Source of the DNA: Clostridia bacterium
Lineage (GTDB): Bacteria > Bacillota > Clostridia > Monoglobales > Monoglobaceae
NCBI GenBank assembly: GCA_045591095.1
Contig: JAZNSF010000007.1
Span: forward strand, 11,918 to 75,917
Length of the DNA: 64,000 nt
Reading direction: 5' to 3'
The first letter of the stretch is position 1; each line of letters starts with the position of its first letter. A model generated the notes under the pieces. That model worked only from the letters and a program-made list of their open reading frames with translations. It had not been told where the DNA came from and did no database searches. The position numbers were made by a program, and so were the translations under genes. Shown here piece after piece: positions 48,918 to 58,484 of the stretch.

Positions 48918-49901
48918 TTACAACAATTCTTTTCTTAACTCTTCTGCCGATTTTGGGCTAAGGAGCGCTGGTGCAATATCAAGCACTGTCTTACATCCAA
49001 AGTCCTTATTCTCTGCCATACGATAAGCCGCACGAGCGTATGCTACGATTACAGATGCGGTAAACTCGGGGTTTGAATCAAGCTTAAGGCTATACTCAAT
49101 AACGTGATTATTTTCACTATTTTTCCCTGTTCTTCCGGTACGAATCACAAATCCACCATGTGGAATTCCGCTGTGGTCACGCTTTAGTTCTTCCTCGGTT
49201 ATAAAATGAACGGTTGTGTCATAATCCGCAAAATAGTTAGGCATTGTCTTTATTTCGTTTTCAATTCTTTCTTTATCCGCCCCGTACTCTGCTACAACAA
49301 AGCATTCTCTTAGGTGCTTTTCGCGGGTTTCGAGCTTAGGCTCAGAGCCACTTCGTACAGCATCCAGTGCCGCATCAATGGGGATTGTGTACTGTCTTGC
49401 ATCCTTTACGCCCTCAATGCGTCTTATTGCATCCGAGTGTCCCTGACTCACGCCTTTTCCCCAGAATGTATAGTCCTTGCCCTCAGGAAGCACTGTCCCC
49501 GCATACATACGGTTAAGCGAGAACATTCCAGGGTCCCAACCAACAGAAATGATTGCAACCTTGGATGATTTTTTTGCAACCTGGTCAACATTCTCAAAAT
49601 GAGTCGGGATATTGGCATGAGTATCAAAGCTATCAACCACATTGTAGAGTCTCGCAAGCTCTGGGGTCTGCGTCGCAAGGTCGGTTGCACTTCCGCCGCA
49701 AAGAATTAAAACATCAATTTTGTCGGTCATACTCTCGGCCTCATCAACATGGCACACCTTAGCCAAAGCTGTATCTATCTTCACCGTTTTAGGGTCTCGT
49801 CTTGTGAATACAGCAATAAGCTCCATATCAGGATTTTGCCTGATTGCGTATTCCACCCCTCTTCCCAAATTTCCATAACCATATATTCCTACTCTTATCA
49901 A
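48918..49901 (-). CDS. ddh: meso-diaminopimelate D-dehydrogenase
   Basis: IRVGIYGYGNLGRGVE N-terminus, 327 aa, Ddh-type layout. Confidence 0.88.
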   Translation of the reverse strand: MIRVGIYGYGNLGRGVEYAIRQNPDMELIAVFTRRDPKTVKIDTALAKVCHVDEAESMTDKIDVLILCGGSATDLATQTPELARLYNVVDSFDTHANIPTHFENVDQVAKKSSKVAIISVGWDPGMFSLNRMYAGTVLPEGKDYTFWGKGVSQGHSDAIRRIEGVKDARQYTIPIDAALDAVRSGSEPKLETREKHLRECFVVAEYGADKERIENEIKTMPNYFADYDTTVHFITEEELKRDHSGIPHGGFVIRTGRTGKNSENNHVIEYSLKLDSNPEFTASVIVAYARAAYRMAENKDFGCKTVLDIAPALLSPKSAEELRKELL

Positions 49902-49978
49902 TTTATACTCTCTCCTTTTCTTTTCGTAAAAACAGTTTAAATTATATCACTTATCTTGCGCTTTTTCAATATTTTTAT

Positions 49979-50656
49979 CTAAAAATTAAGTCTTTTTGCA
50001 GAAATCACCGTGAGGGTTTTACCTTTGACACAAAATTTTATTTCAAAACCTAAAATGTTAAACCCATACACCCTATTTGCGTCATCATGGTAAGACGGCC
50101 TTGGGTCACCCTTAAGCACCTCGGTAATAAACCCGAGCTTTTCTTTAGGCAAAATTCCCAGCACTTCATCAGGGTAAACTACATCCAAACATCTTTCTTT
50201 AAGTCCATCGACAAATCCACACCTGGCATTCAAAATGCTGTCGCAGTACGCGAGATACGGCTTGATGTCAAAAATCGGGGTTTTGTCAATCATATCGCAG
50301 CCTGAAACAATCAATACAGTTCCCTCATCATCAGTCTTTTCTATCGCCTCTAATTTCAGCACTGTCAAGCCAATAGGATTTGGTCTGTAGGGCGAACGTG
50401 TTGCAAAAACTCCCATACGTGTATTACCACCCAAAAGCGGTGGTCTTACAGTTGGGGACCATTTCTTTTGCTTAGCCTCAGAAAATTCCCAAAGCACCCA
50501 TATATGCGAAAACTCTTCAAGACCCTTCAGGGCCGATGGGTCACGGTATTCTTCTTCAAAAACTATTCGTCCCATTGACCTTTCCACAACGCCGCTTTGC
50601 CGCGGTACGCCAAACTTAGTCGGAAAGTCTGTTCTTATAATTGCAATCTTTTTCAT
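49979..50656 (-). CDS. trmO: tRNA (N6-threonylcarbamoyladenosine(37)-N6)-methyltransferase TrmO (TsaA family)
   Basis: FGVPRQSG motif. I place the start at ATG 50656, 9 nt after AAAGGAA. Confidence 0.85.
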   Translation of the reverse strand: MKKIAIIRTDFPTKFGVPRQSGVVERSMGRIVFEEEYRDPSALKGLEEFSHIWVLWEFSEAKQKKWSPTVRPPLLGGNTRMGVFATRSPYRPNPIGLTVLKLEAIEKTDDEGTVLIVSGCDMIDKTPIFDIKPYLAYCDSILNARCGFVDGLKERCLDVVYPDEVLGILPKEKLGFITEVLKGDPRPSYHDDANRVYGFNILGFEIKFCVKGKTLTVISAKRLNF

Positions 50657-50704
50657 ATTTATCAATTCCTTTTCTTCATTTTAGCATATCAAAAATAAAT
50701 TGTA

Positions 50705-50744
50705 AACACAAAAAGCCGCAAGCCTCAAAAATAACGCTTGCGAC
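50705..50744 (-). terminator. Terminator after spoIIIAH
   Basis: GTCGCAAGC / GCTTGCGGC stem followed by UUUUUG on the minus strand. Confidence 0.65.
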
Positions 50745-50759
50745 ATTTTTTAACATATA

Positions 50760-51299
50760 CTACTTTTTTGTGGAAATTTTAATTTCTGTTGCCTTAAACC
50801 CTGTTTTTTCCACCACTATATCTTTAATCTGTGCAACACCGCTGGCTTCCAGAGAATCACTTTTGACTATAACTCTTACCCCAGTGTCATCCACAAAAGC
50901 AACGCAATCCGAATATCCTTTTGCAATAACCATATTTTCTATAGCAGTTTCGCTTTCCATGTTTTTTGCGGATTTTTCAAGCATTTCTCTATTTTTTGCC
51001 GCAAGTTCTATACCATCCTCAGTGTCAACTGCTGAAACCTTTAAAAGCTCTGCTGCCTCACTTCTTGCCATATCCCTTTCGTATCTGGCCCTTGCAAAAT
51101 AATCATCTGTCCCAGCGGAATCTTCTTCATTCGCTATTTTTTCTATATTCTCTTCAATCGTGACCTTATCATTCATTACAGCAAGTGTGCTGCTGTTTTT
51201 GTCCACAGTCCACCGATAATACCCTGCAACAACCACCAAAAACACCAGTCCCAAAACCAAAAACTGCTTTCCTCTTACACCGGTTAAAAATTTTTTCAC
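50760..51299 (-). CDS. spoIIIAH: Stage III sporulation protein AH
   Basis: Single TM helix plus the YFARARYERD...AAELLK motif region. It is the last gene of the spoIIIA operon. I place the start at GTG 51299, 8 nt after GGAG. Confidence 0.85.
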   Translation of the reverse strand: MKKFLTGVRGKQFLVLGLVFLVVVAGYYRWTVDKNSSTLAVMNDKVTIEENIEKIANEEDSAGTDDYFARARYERDMARSEAAELLKVSAVDTEDGIELAAKNREMLEKSAKNMESETAIENMVIAKGYSDCVAFVDDTGVRVIVKSDSLEASGVAQIKDIVVEKTGFKATEIKISTKK

Positions 51300-51331
51300 C
51301 AAAACCACTCCTTTTTATTGTTGTTTTAAGT

Positions 51332-51907
51332 TTACTTTTCCAAACTGCCTTTAGTCACCTTTATCCTGTGCCCTGATATCCCATAAAGAGCCTTTACAGC
51401 CTCATAAATTTCAAGCCTTACGTGTTCGCTGCCTGCACCTTCGGCAACAACCAGTACCCCTGCGGGTATTGGCAGCCTTTTATTTAATACGAATGGCTGT
51501 TCCTCTTCTCCCGAACCATATATTATTGCAAGTGCCTCCTGCTTTGATGACTTTGATGACTTGTCACCGGTATTTTCCTGATGACTCTCACTCTTTTTGT
51601 CTGTGGCAATGACCTTTTCGCCCATATTATCAACGGTAATCATGGTTTCCACCTTGCCGGCGCCCTCCACCCCTGACAAAATCTTCGAAAGCCTCTTTTC
51701 GCTTTCAGCTATGTACTTTTCGGCACCAATACTATCTATACTTTTGGGGTTTTCGGTATTATCCTTTTTTTCGTTTTTCCCGAATTCTCCAAATGCCAGT
51801 ATAAATATTGCCGCAATAATCAGAAATATTAAAGCTTTGGTTTTTTTCCTGCCCGGTGGCTCGGGTTCTATGTAACCCTCTCTATTTTTAAAAAAGTTAA
51901 AAAGCAT
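51332..51907 (-). CDS. spoIIIAG: Stage III sporulation protein AG
   Basis: TM anchor plus a C-terminal ring-forming domain. Assigned by operon position. Confidence 0.85.
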   Translation of the reverse strand: MLFNFFKNREGYIEPEPPGRKKTKALIFLIIAAIFILAFGEFGKNEKKDNTENPKSIDSIGAEKYIAESEKRLSKILSGVEGAGKVETMITVDNMGEKVIATDKKSESHQENTGDKSSKSSKQEALAIIYGSGEEEQPFVLNKRLPIPAGVLVVAEGAGSEHVRLEIYEAVKALYGISGHRIKVTKGSLEK

Positions 51908-51926
51908 CTTCCATCACCTCTTCTCC

Positions 51927-52424
51927 CTATGACCCTATCAAAACTGTTATTTTATCCTTGCTTACTCCCATGTTTTTTTCAAGAGTTGTCTTTAATTCAT
52001 CCTCGCTTATTTTTCTGCCCATTTCATTTTCAAAAGTTACTTTTATACTTTCAAGCTCACCAAAATCACTTGTTTTTTCCTTTGCTGTTACGTATGTGTC
52101 TGCTTGTATTCCATATTTGTCCAGTATCAATTTTTGTGCCTCTTCCGAAAGTCTCTTTTCGTATATCCGCTTTATATTTTGCTGCTGTCTCTCCTCGGTA
52201 TCAGTAAGCAGTTTAGCATCATAGCCCGTCGAATAGTCTGTCAAAACATCAAATCTATCCAGTATATCCCCAAAGACCGGCCTTGCAACCGTAATTACCA
52301 GAATAATCCCCAAAATAGGCTTTATATACTTTTTCATTTCGCCCTCAAGCATTATCATATCGCAGGCCGAAATTAAAATAATTATCCCTGCAATTCTTAA
52401 CACCCATTCTCTTATATAATCCAT
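51927..52424 (-). CDS. spoIIIAF: Stage III sporulation protein AF
   Basis: Two N-terminal TM helices. Assigned by operon position. I place the start at ATG 52424, 6 nt after GTAGGGGG. Confidence 0.8.
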   Translation of the reverse strand: MDYIREWVLRIAGIIILISACDMIMLEGEMKKYIKPILGIILVITVARPVFGDILDRFDVLTDYSTGYDAKLLTDTEERQQQNIKRIYEKRLSEEAQKLILDKYGIQADTYVTAKEKTSDFGELESIKVTFENEMGRKISEDELKTTLEKNMGVSKDKITVLIGS

Positions 52425-52434
52425 CAAATGCCCC

Positions 52435-53604
52435 CTACCGTCCAAGCAAAATGGCGGCGTTTCCTATGTTTATAATAATAGTCAGTATAATAACAAACAT
52501 TATAACAACCGCCGCAAGCATCCCCAAAACCGACGAAACCGAATCACCAAGCTGGGATATACATTTGCCCACGCGTTTGTCCGAAATCGGCTGCACTATC
52601 GCCGCACATACCCTGAATATTATAAGGCACGCTGCAACCTTTAAAATCGGCAAAACCGATAGGAGCACCACTGTAATTATTCCCACAACCCCTACAGCAT
52701 TTTTTATTACAACACTGCAATTCATAACGGTTTCCACAGTTTCTGCCAAAATGCCTCCTACCATTGGTATAAGATTTGACGCCGCAAACTTGGTGACCTT
52801 GGCCGTCAGTCCATCTGCACTTCCTGACGCAATTCCCTGAAGTCCGGTAACTCCCACAAACAGCGTCATCATTATCCCCATACCCCATTTTACAGTCCTG
52901 TTAAGAAGCCCGACCAGTTTTTCGGCATTTACGGAGGTGGAAATATTGTTCGCGACATTAAGTGCCGCAGACATCATGACAAGTGGCAAAAAAAACTTTT
53001 CTACCGCGAGTTCGGTTATTTCGATTACTGACATAAGCACTATTTCAAAGGTCGTTGCCGAAATCACCGCTCCGCCTGCAGCCAAACTTGCCAAAGATAC
53101 AGGAATTAGTCCACGCATAAACAGAGCAATATTTTCGATTGCAACCTTTCCGCATCTTACTGCCTCCAAAAAAGCTGTGGCCGCAATGCCCGCTAAAACT
53201 ACATATGATACAAAAAATGCTGCATCGCCTGCACCTTTTGAGCGAAAGCCAGCCCCTGTTCCTGATATAAGTGTATTTAGAACTGAAATTGCAGGGATAA
53301 AAATAAGAAGTTTGAGAGTTTTTCGTATCTCTCCAAGTAAAAGTTCCAATATTCTTGAAAATAACTCCCCTACCGAAAATATGCTTTCACCTGTGGAAGT
53401 CTTTTCTAATAACGATTCCATACTGAATTTGGGCATTACACTGGCTATTGATTCTTCTCCTGAAGAGGTTAACCCCTCACTTATTTCTTCGCCGTATATT
53501 TTTGTGTATTCTTCAATTATCCTTGTGTGCTCCGTAGCTTCCTCTGCACAGACGGCCAAAGAGAGAAAAACTATAAATATTATCAGGCTTATCAGTTTTT
53601 TCAT
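52435..53604 (-). CDS. spoIIIAE: Stage III sporulation protein AE
   Basis: Signal peptide plus a polytopic membrane protein of 389 aa. Confidence 0.88.
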   Translation of the reverse strand: MKKLISLIIFIVFLSLAVCAEEATEHTRIIEEYTKIYGEEISEGLTSSGEESIASVMPKFSMESLLEKTSTGESIFSVGELFSRILELLLGEIRKTLKLLIFIPAISVLNTLISGTGAGFRSKGAGDAAFFVSYVVLAGIAATAFLEAVRCGKVAIENIALFMRGLIPVSLASLAAGGAVISATTFEIVLMSVIEITELAVEKFFLPLVMMSAALNVANNISTSVNAEKLVGLLNRTVKWGMGIMMTLFVGVTGLQGIASGSADGLTAKVTKFAASNLIPMVGGILAETVETVMNCSVVIKNAVGVVGIITVVLLSVLPILKVAACLIIFRVCAAIVQPISDKRVGKCISQLGDSVSSVLGMLAAVVIMFVIILTIIINIGNAAILLGR

Positions 53605-53618
53605 TTGTCTTAGCTCCG

Positions 53619-54011
53619 TTACTGAAAATTGATTATTTCGTTTACTACTTCCAAAAGGTTATATATAGCCGGCATAGAAAGAGTCATTATTATTACCTTG
53701 CCTGCAAGCTCTATTTTGGTAGCAATCGCACATTCTCCTGCGTCACGGCAAAGTTCTGCCGCAAACTGTGCGGCATAGGCAATCCCTATTACCTTTAATA
53801 TAAGTCCTATATAGCTCTCTGAAAGGCCAATTTTGCTTGAAATTTCGCTGAACATTTTTATGAGGTGCTGAAGGTAAGGAAGGACCATTGCAAAGATTAT
53901 TACCGCCGAAAGAAGTGACACCGAAAGAGCAAACTCTGCCCTTTGATTTTTGATAAATACCGCAAGAACTGCCCCCGAAAGTCCCAGTGCCGCAATTTTA
54001 AAAATCTCCAT
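53619..54011 (-). CDS. spoIIIAD: Stage III sporulation protein AD
   Basis: 130-aa four-TM protein. Assigned by operon position. Confidence 0.85.
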   Translation of the reverse strand: MEIFKIAALGLSGAVLAVFIKNQRAEFALSVSLLSAVIIFAMVLPYLQHLIKMFSEISSKIGLSESYIGLILKVIGIAYAAQFAAELCRDAGECAIATKIELAGKVIIMTLSMPAIYNLLEVVNEIINFQ

Positions 54012-54034
54012 TTTCTTTTCTCCCTCCGGGGTCC

Positions 54035-54232
54035 TTAAAGGTCGAATATGGATTTTATGGTGTCAAACAAAAGGCTTATCTGCTCTACCACCATAAAAAG
54101 TACAACCACAAGGCCTGCCAAAGTAGTAAGCATAGCCTGGTCCTCACGGCCACTTCTTACCAGAAGCTGATTAAGCACCGCAACCAAAATTCCTATTGCC
54201 GCAACCTTAAAAATCAAATCTACGCCATCCAT
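54035..54232 (-). CDS. spoIIIAC: Stage III sporulation protein AC
   Basis: 65-aa two-TM protein. The ATG at 54232 follows GGAGGAGG. Confidence 0.85.
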   Translation of the reverse strand: MDGVDLIFKVAAIGILVAVLNQLLVRSGREDQAMLTTLAGLVVVLFMVVEQISLLFDTIKSIFDL

Positions 54233-54255
54233 TTTTTCCTCCTCCAATGCATCGG

Positions 54256-54780
54256 TCAAAGCAAAATTATTACAATAAATATACCAGCCAAAAATCCAAG
54301 TCCACGATACATTTTTATATTTTTCTGTGCGTCAAGCCGTGCTTCATTCAACGCTATACTTATACGCATTGATGCAAGCTTTAAGTTGCTTTTCTCCTTT
54401 TCACGGCTGCCTGCTCCCAAGGACTTTGAAAAATCTATCAAAATCTGCACATCATCTTGGCTTAAAGCAAGGTCTTGGTTATATTTTGAAATCGCTCGTC
54501 TCCAGAGTCTTTGCATATCACCGCCCGGGTTTTCCCTCAGTCGGTACGCCACATAAGAAAATACCTCTTTTAGTGGCTTTTCCGTATTTTTAGCCAACTT
54601 TTCAAAGGATCGTTCAAGAGTTATATTCAAAAAATCAATGTCAAATTCTAGCTGAGTTATTGCGTTTTGCAAGTGTTCCAGCTCTCTGACACGCTCTTTA
54701 AACCGGTTTGAAAAAATCATTCCCAAGCCCCCACAGCCAAGCAAGAGCGAAAAACACGCAAAGGTACGAAGAAGCATCAC
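54256..54780 (-). CDS. spoIIIAB: Stage III sporulation protein AB
   Basis: 174 aa with TM helices at both ends. It overlaps the spoIIIAA stop. Confidence 0.85.
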   Translation of the reverse strand: MMLLRTFACFSLLLGCGGLGMIFSNRFKERVRELEHLQNAITQLEFDIDFLNITLERSFEKLAKNTEKPLKEVFSYVAYRLRENPGGDMQRLWRRAISKYNQDLALSQDDVQILIDFSKSLGAGSREKEKSNLKLASMRISIALNEARLDAQKNIKMYRGLGFLAGIFIVIILL

Positions 54781-55706
54781 GAAATCACCCTTACCTCTCC
54801 AAAAATATCAGTTCCAAGTCCCCTGCCTTCCTTTTTAAGTACAATTATCTGCCCAAATCCCATTCCGCCAAGCAGTGGCTTTAAAAATCCTCGGGAGAGC
54901 ACCTCGTCCGCCGTTTCACCATGAGTACTTGCAACAACCGCCACTCCCATCCCAAAGCACTCTAAAATTGCCTCTGCATCTTTCTTGGTTGAAATCTCAT
55001 CGGTAATTATGACCTCGGGCGACATAGTCCTAAGCAGCATAATCGCCGCATCTGCTTTTGGAACATTTTCAAGAACATCTGTCTGAACCCCTACATTATT
55101 TTGCGCAACCCCCTTAAAAAGCGCCGCAATCTCGCCACGTTCGTCAGCAATAGCAGTTTTAATACCTCTGTCTGAAATCTGCCTGGAGAGGTCCCGAAGC
55201 ACCGTTGTCTTGCCACCCATGGGCGGTGCCACAATAAGAGTGTTTTTTACACCGTCAGGCTTTAATACATCATCTACAATAAGATTTGCGGAGCCAATTA
55301 CCTCTCTTGCTACTCTTATATTAAGCGAGCTTATGTCCCTGAAATTTTCGATTGTTCTGCCATTTGTAACCGCCCTGCCTGAAATACCAACCCTGTGTCC
55401 ACCCCTTATGGTCACAAATCCCTGGCGGATTTCCTCCGAAAATGCGTATACCGAATTTTCGCACACCGCACGAAATATCCTCTGTATATCCGAAGTTTCT
55501 ACTATGTACGCACCCCCAACAGCCGGGGATATTTCGCCACTTGGCAGCACCGAAAAGCTGCCGTTCTCTGTTCCTATTATAAGCGGCAGTCTGCATCTTA
55601 AGCGAATTTCCTGGACACTATCACCCGTAATTTCAAAGGTTTTACAAAGCATTCGCCTGATATGGTCAGGCATGTACGTTAGAATTTCTGTAAGTCGTTT
55701 ATCCAC
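54777..55706 (-). CDS. spoIIIAA: Stage III sporulation protein AA (secretion-ATPase-like)
   Basis: Walker A PPMGGKTT, 309 aa, first gene of the operon. Confidence 0.9.
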   Translation of the reverse strand: MDKRLTEILTYMPDHIRRMLCKTFEITGDSVQEIRLRCRLPLIIGTENGSFSVLPSGEISPAVGGAYIVETSDIQRIFRAVCENSVYAFSEEIRQGFVTIRGGHRVGISGRAVTNGRTIENFRDISSLNIRVAREVIGSANLIVDDVLKPDGVKNTLIVAPPMGGKTTVLRDLSRQISDRGIKTAIADERGEIAALFKGVAQNNVGVQTDVLENVPKADAAIMLLRTMSPEVIITDEISTKKDAEAILECFGMGVAVVASTHGETADEVLSRGFLKPLLGGMGFGQIIVLKKEGRGLGTDIFGEVRVIS

Positions 55707-55782
55707 AAAGCTTCACTCGCTTTCATCTGTTTTTAACTATCTGCTCTATATATATGACACTTTGTCCACCCTTAGAACAACA

Positions 55783-55820
55783 AAAAAGCCGTGAAAAACT
55801 TTCGTTTTTCACGGCTTTTT
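55783..55820. terminator. Perfect bidirectional terminator after hflX
   Basis: AAAAAGCCGTGAAAAAC / GTTTTTCACGGCTTTTT 17-bp stem with a 4-nt loop. Confidence 0.85.
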
Positions 55821-55825
55821 AAAGC

Positions 55826-57079
55826 TTAGCATATATATTCTTCTATTTTGCTTATATACTTTACATTAACAAGCACATCAGCAAAAATTCCATTCTCCCG
55901 ATATTCTTCCGAAAAAACCTTTCCGCTCAGGCGAACTGTACTTAACACTCCTGCATCCCGATAAGGAACCAAAAGTTTAAGATGTTTTGAAGTATCCTCA
56001 AGCTCCTTACAGATGCTGCTAAGTAGCTTATCAAAACCGTAACCGGTTTTAGCAGATATAAACACCGTTTTTTCACCCATTACTGCACCTCTGTCACCCA
56101 GCATATCGCATTTGTTTGCTACGGTAATCATAGGGATTTCTCCGCCGCCAAGTTCGTCAACCAATCTTTTTGTTATGTCAATCTGCTCTCTTGCTTCGTC
56201 TGATGATATATCACAAACATTCAGTATAAGGTCTGCGTTTGTTGCTTCCTCAAGAGTAGACTTAAATGCTTCCACCAGATTGTGAGGGAGCCTGCTTATG
56301 AGCCCTACCGTATCAACAAGCATTACCTCTCTGCCGTCCGGAAGCTTTAAAGCCCGTGCCGTCGGGTCAAGGGTTGCAAAAAGCATATTCTCGGCTAAGA
56401 CCCCCGCCTCTGTCAACGAATTAAGAAGTGTCGACTTTCCTACATTGGTGTACCCAACAATTGCAACCGTGGTCACCCCGTCCTTTTTGCGGCGTTTGTG
56501 GGCATATTCACGGCGTTTGGTAAGCTCATTAAGCTCGCCCTCCAGCTTTTCTATGCGGTGCCTTATATATCGTTTGTCGGTTTCAAGCTTGGCTTCACCC
56601 GGGCCTCTTGACCCGATACCGCCACCCTGCCTCGAAAGCGTGCGCCCAAGCCCCGAAAGCCTTGGAAGACGGTATTTAAGCTGCGCCAGTTCTACCTGAA
56701 GCCTGCCTTCGGCACTTCTTGCCCTTTGGGCAAATATATCAAGTATCAAAGCTGTGCGGTCAACAACTAAAACATTGGTCACATCCTCTATATTTCGCAT
56801 CTGGGATGCGGTCAGTTCGTGATTAAAAATCACCATATCAATCCCGTTATTTTCGCAAAGCCGGGAAAGCTCCAAAAGCTTTCCGCTGCCTAAAAGTGTT
56901 GACGCTTCAAATGACGACGATTTTTGCACAAAATGCGCAAAAACCTCTGCCCCGGCGGTCTCTGCCAAACTCTCAAGCTCGTTCATAGAACGTTTCATAT
57001 CAAAGGCACCTGTATCCACTCCACAAAGAATTGCTAATGGGCGCACTTTTTCATTATTTATTTCTATAAGCTCTGCCAT
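55826..57079 (-). CDS. hflX: GTPase HflX
   Basis: HflX N-terminal domain plus G1 motif GYTNVGKSTLLN. Confidence 0.92.
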   Translation of the reverse strand: MAELIEINNEKVRPLAILCGVDTGAFDMKRSMNELESLAETAGAEVFAHFVQKSSSFEASTLLGSGKLLELSRLCENNGIDMVIFNHELTASQMRNIEDVTNVLVVDRTALILDIFAQRARSAEGRLQVELAQLKYRLPRLSGLGRTLSRQGGGIGSRGPGEAKLETDKRYIRHRIEKLEGELNELTKRREYAHKRRKKDGVTTVAIVGYTNVGKSTLLNSLTEAGVLAENMLFATLDPTARALKLPDGREVMLVDTVGLISRLPHNLVEAFKSTLEEATNADLILNVCDISSDEAREQIDITKRLVDELGGGEIPMITVANKCDMLGDRGAVMGEKTVFISAKTGYGFDKLLSSICKELEDTSKHLKLLVPYRDAGVLSTVRLSGKVFSEEYRENGIFADVLVNVKYISKIEEYIC

Positions 57080-57101
57080 ACTGCTCCTCGTTTCGTCTAT
57101 T

Positions 57102-58484
57102 TTAGTCTATTATACTCAAATATTTACTCATTACACTTCCGGCAAGTGGCGCCGCTGACGTACCGCCGCTCGCGCCATCATTTTCAAGTATAACTGCGAT
57201 AGCTACCTCGGGGTCCTCTGCTGGTGCATAGCCGATAAACCATGAATGGTCTTTGTCTTTTTCATTTTCTGCAGTACCGGTTTTGCCCGCAACGGTAACT
57301 CCGCTTATCCTAGCATTTCGTCCTGTACCGCTTTTTACCACTTCCACCATCTGCTCTGCCACATATGCGGCCGCATCTTCAGATATTGCCCTTCCAATAA
57401 TTTTAGGTTTGCTGCTTTCTATTACAGTATCGCCCTTGGTAACACTTTCTACCAGGTACGGCCTTACCAGATTTCCGCCGTTTGCCACTGCCGAGCATAT
57501 AGTCGCCATCTGAAGCGGTGTAGTTAAAAGCTGTCCCTGACCTATAGAAACAAGTGCACCATCGGTATCGTTCATTTTTTTGTATTCAATGCGGCTTTTG
57601 GAGGTAGGTAGATCAAACTCTATTTCGCTTTCAATTCCAAACCTTTTGGCAATTTCCATCACCTTTTCGCTTCCCAAATCATAGCCCAGGCTACAAAAAA
57701 CCTGATTGCTGGAAACCTTAAATGCCTCTTCCAGAGAAATTTCGCCATACTTTTTTCCGTTATAATTTTCCACCGTCACATCACCAACAATGAACTTTCC
57801 TACATCATCAAACTTCTTGCCAAAAAATCCGTTTTCATAAGCCGCAGCAAGAGTCACTGTCTTATAGGTGGACCCCGGCGGATAAAGGCCTTGTATTGCT
57901 CTTGAAATCAGCGGCGAATTCTCGTCCTCGACAATGTTTCCCCAAGCCTTTTCTAAATTTTTAGCATTAGGGTCAAAATCCGGAAGACTTACCATGGCAA
58001 TAACCGCGCCGGTTTTGGGTTTCATCACAACCAGTGCGCCGCGTCTTCCTCGCATCTCTTTGTATGCATATTTTTGAACCGTATTATTGATTGTCAGATT
58101 AAGGTCAAAGCCCTTTCGCTTGCTGCCCTGAAACAGTCCTATGTCACCTTTTCCCAAAAGCTCGCTGTCATATTCCCGTTCCAGAAGGCTTTTGCCATAA
58201 ACCTGAGAGTAATAGCCTATAACGTGGCTGTAAAGCTTTCCCTGTGGATATTTCCGTACAGAACTTCCATCACTGTCAGTTATAGTTTCTGCCAGCACTA
58301 CTCCTTCAGAATCATAGATACTACCCCTTATAACATATCTTTCGTCATCCCATTGACGACGATTATAGGGATTTACTGAAACTCTTTCTGCATCAAACAT
58401 ATTAAAGTACAAAAGATAAGTAAGGAGCGAGAGAAAGAGCGCAGATATAACAATTAAAACGCGAATTATTTTCTTGTTAGTCAT
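57102..58484 (-). CDS. Class B penicillin-binding protein (PbpA/PBP2-like transpeptidase)
   Basis: STYK, SSN and KTGT motifs with an N-terminal TM anchor. It overlaps the upstream SEDS gene by 8 nt. Confidence 0.88.
   Translation of the reverse strand: MTNKKIIRVLIVISALFLSLLTYLLYFNMFDAERVSVNPYNRRQWDDERYVIRGSIYDSEGVVLAETITDSDGSSVRKYPQGKLYSHVIGYYSQVYGKSLLEREYDSELLGKGDIGLFQGSKRKGFDLNLTINNTVQKYAYKEMRGRRGALVVMKPKTGAVIAMVSLPDFDPNAKNLEKAWGNIVEDENSPLISRAIQGLYPPGSTYKTVTLAAAYENGFFGKKFDDVGKFIVGDVTVENYNGKKYGEISLEEAFKVSSNQVFCSLGYDLGSEKVMEIAKRFGIESEIEFDLPTSKSRIEYKKMNDTDGALVSIGQGQLLTTPLQMATICSAVANGGNLVRPYLVESVTKGDTVIESSKPKIIGRAISEDAAAYVAEQMVEVVKSGTGRNARISGVTVAGKTGTAENEKDKDHSWFIGYAPAEDPEVAIAVILENDGASGGTSAAPLAGSVMSKYLSIID

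Noticed and set aside
55707-55780. Sigma-E/sigma-G type sporulation promoter for spoIIIA (CATATATA at about 55751-55758, minus strand)
   Set aside because: It is a plausible -10 match, but I could not find a convincing -35 partner at the right spacing, so it is not listed as a feature.
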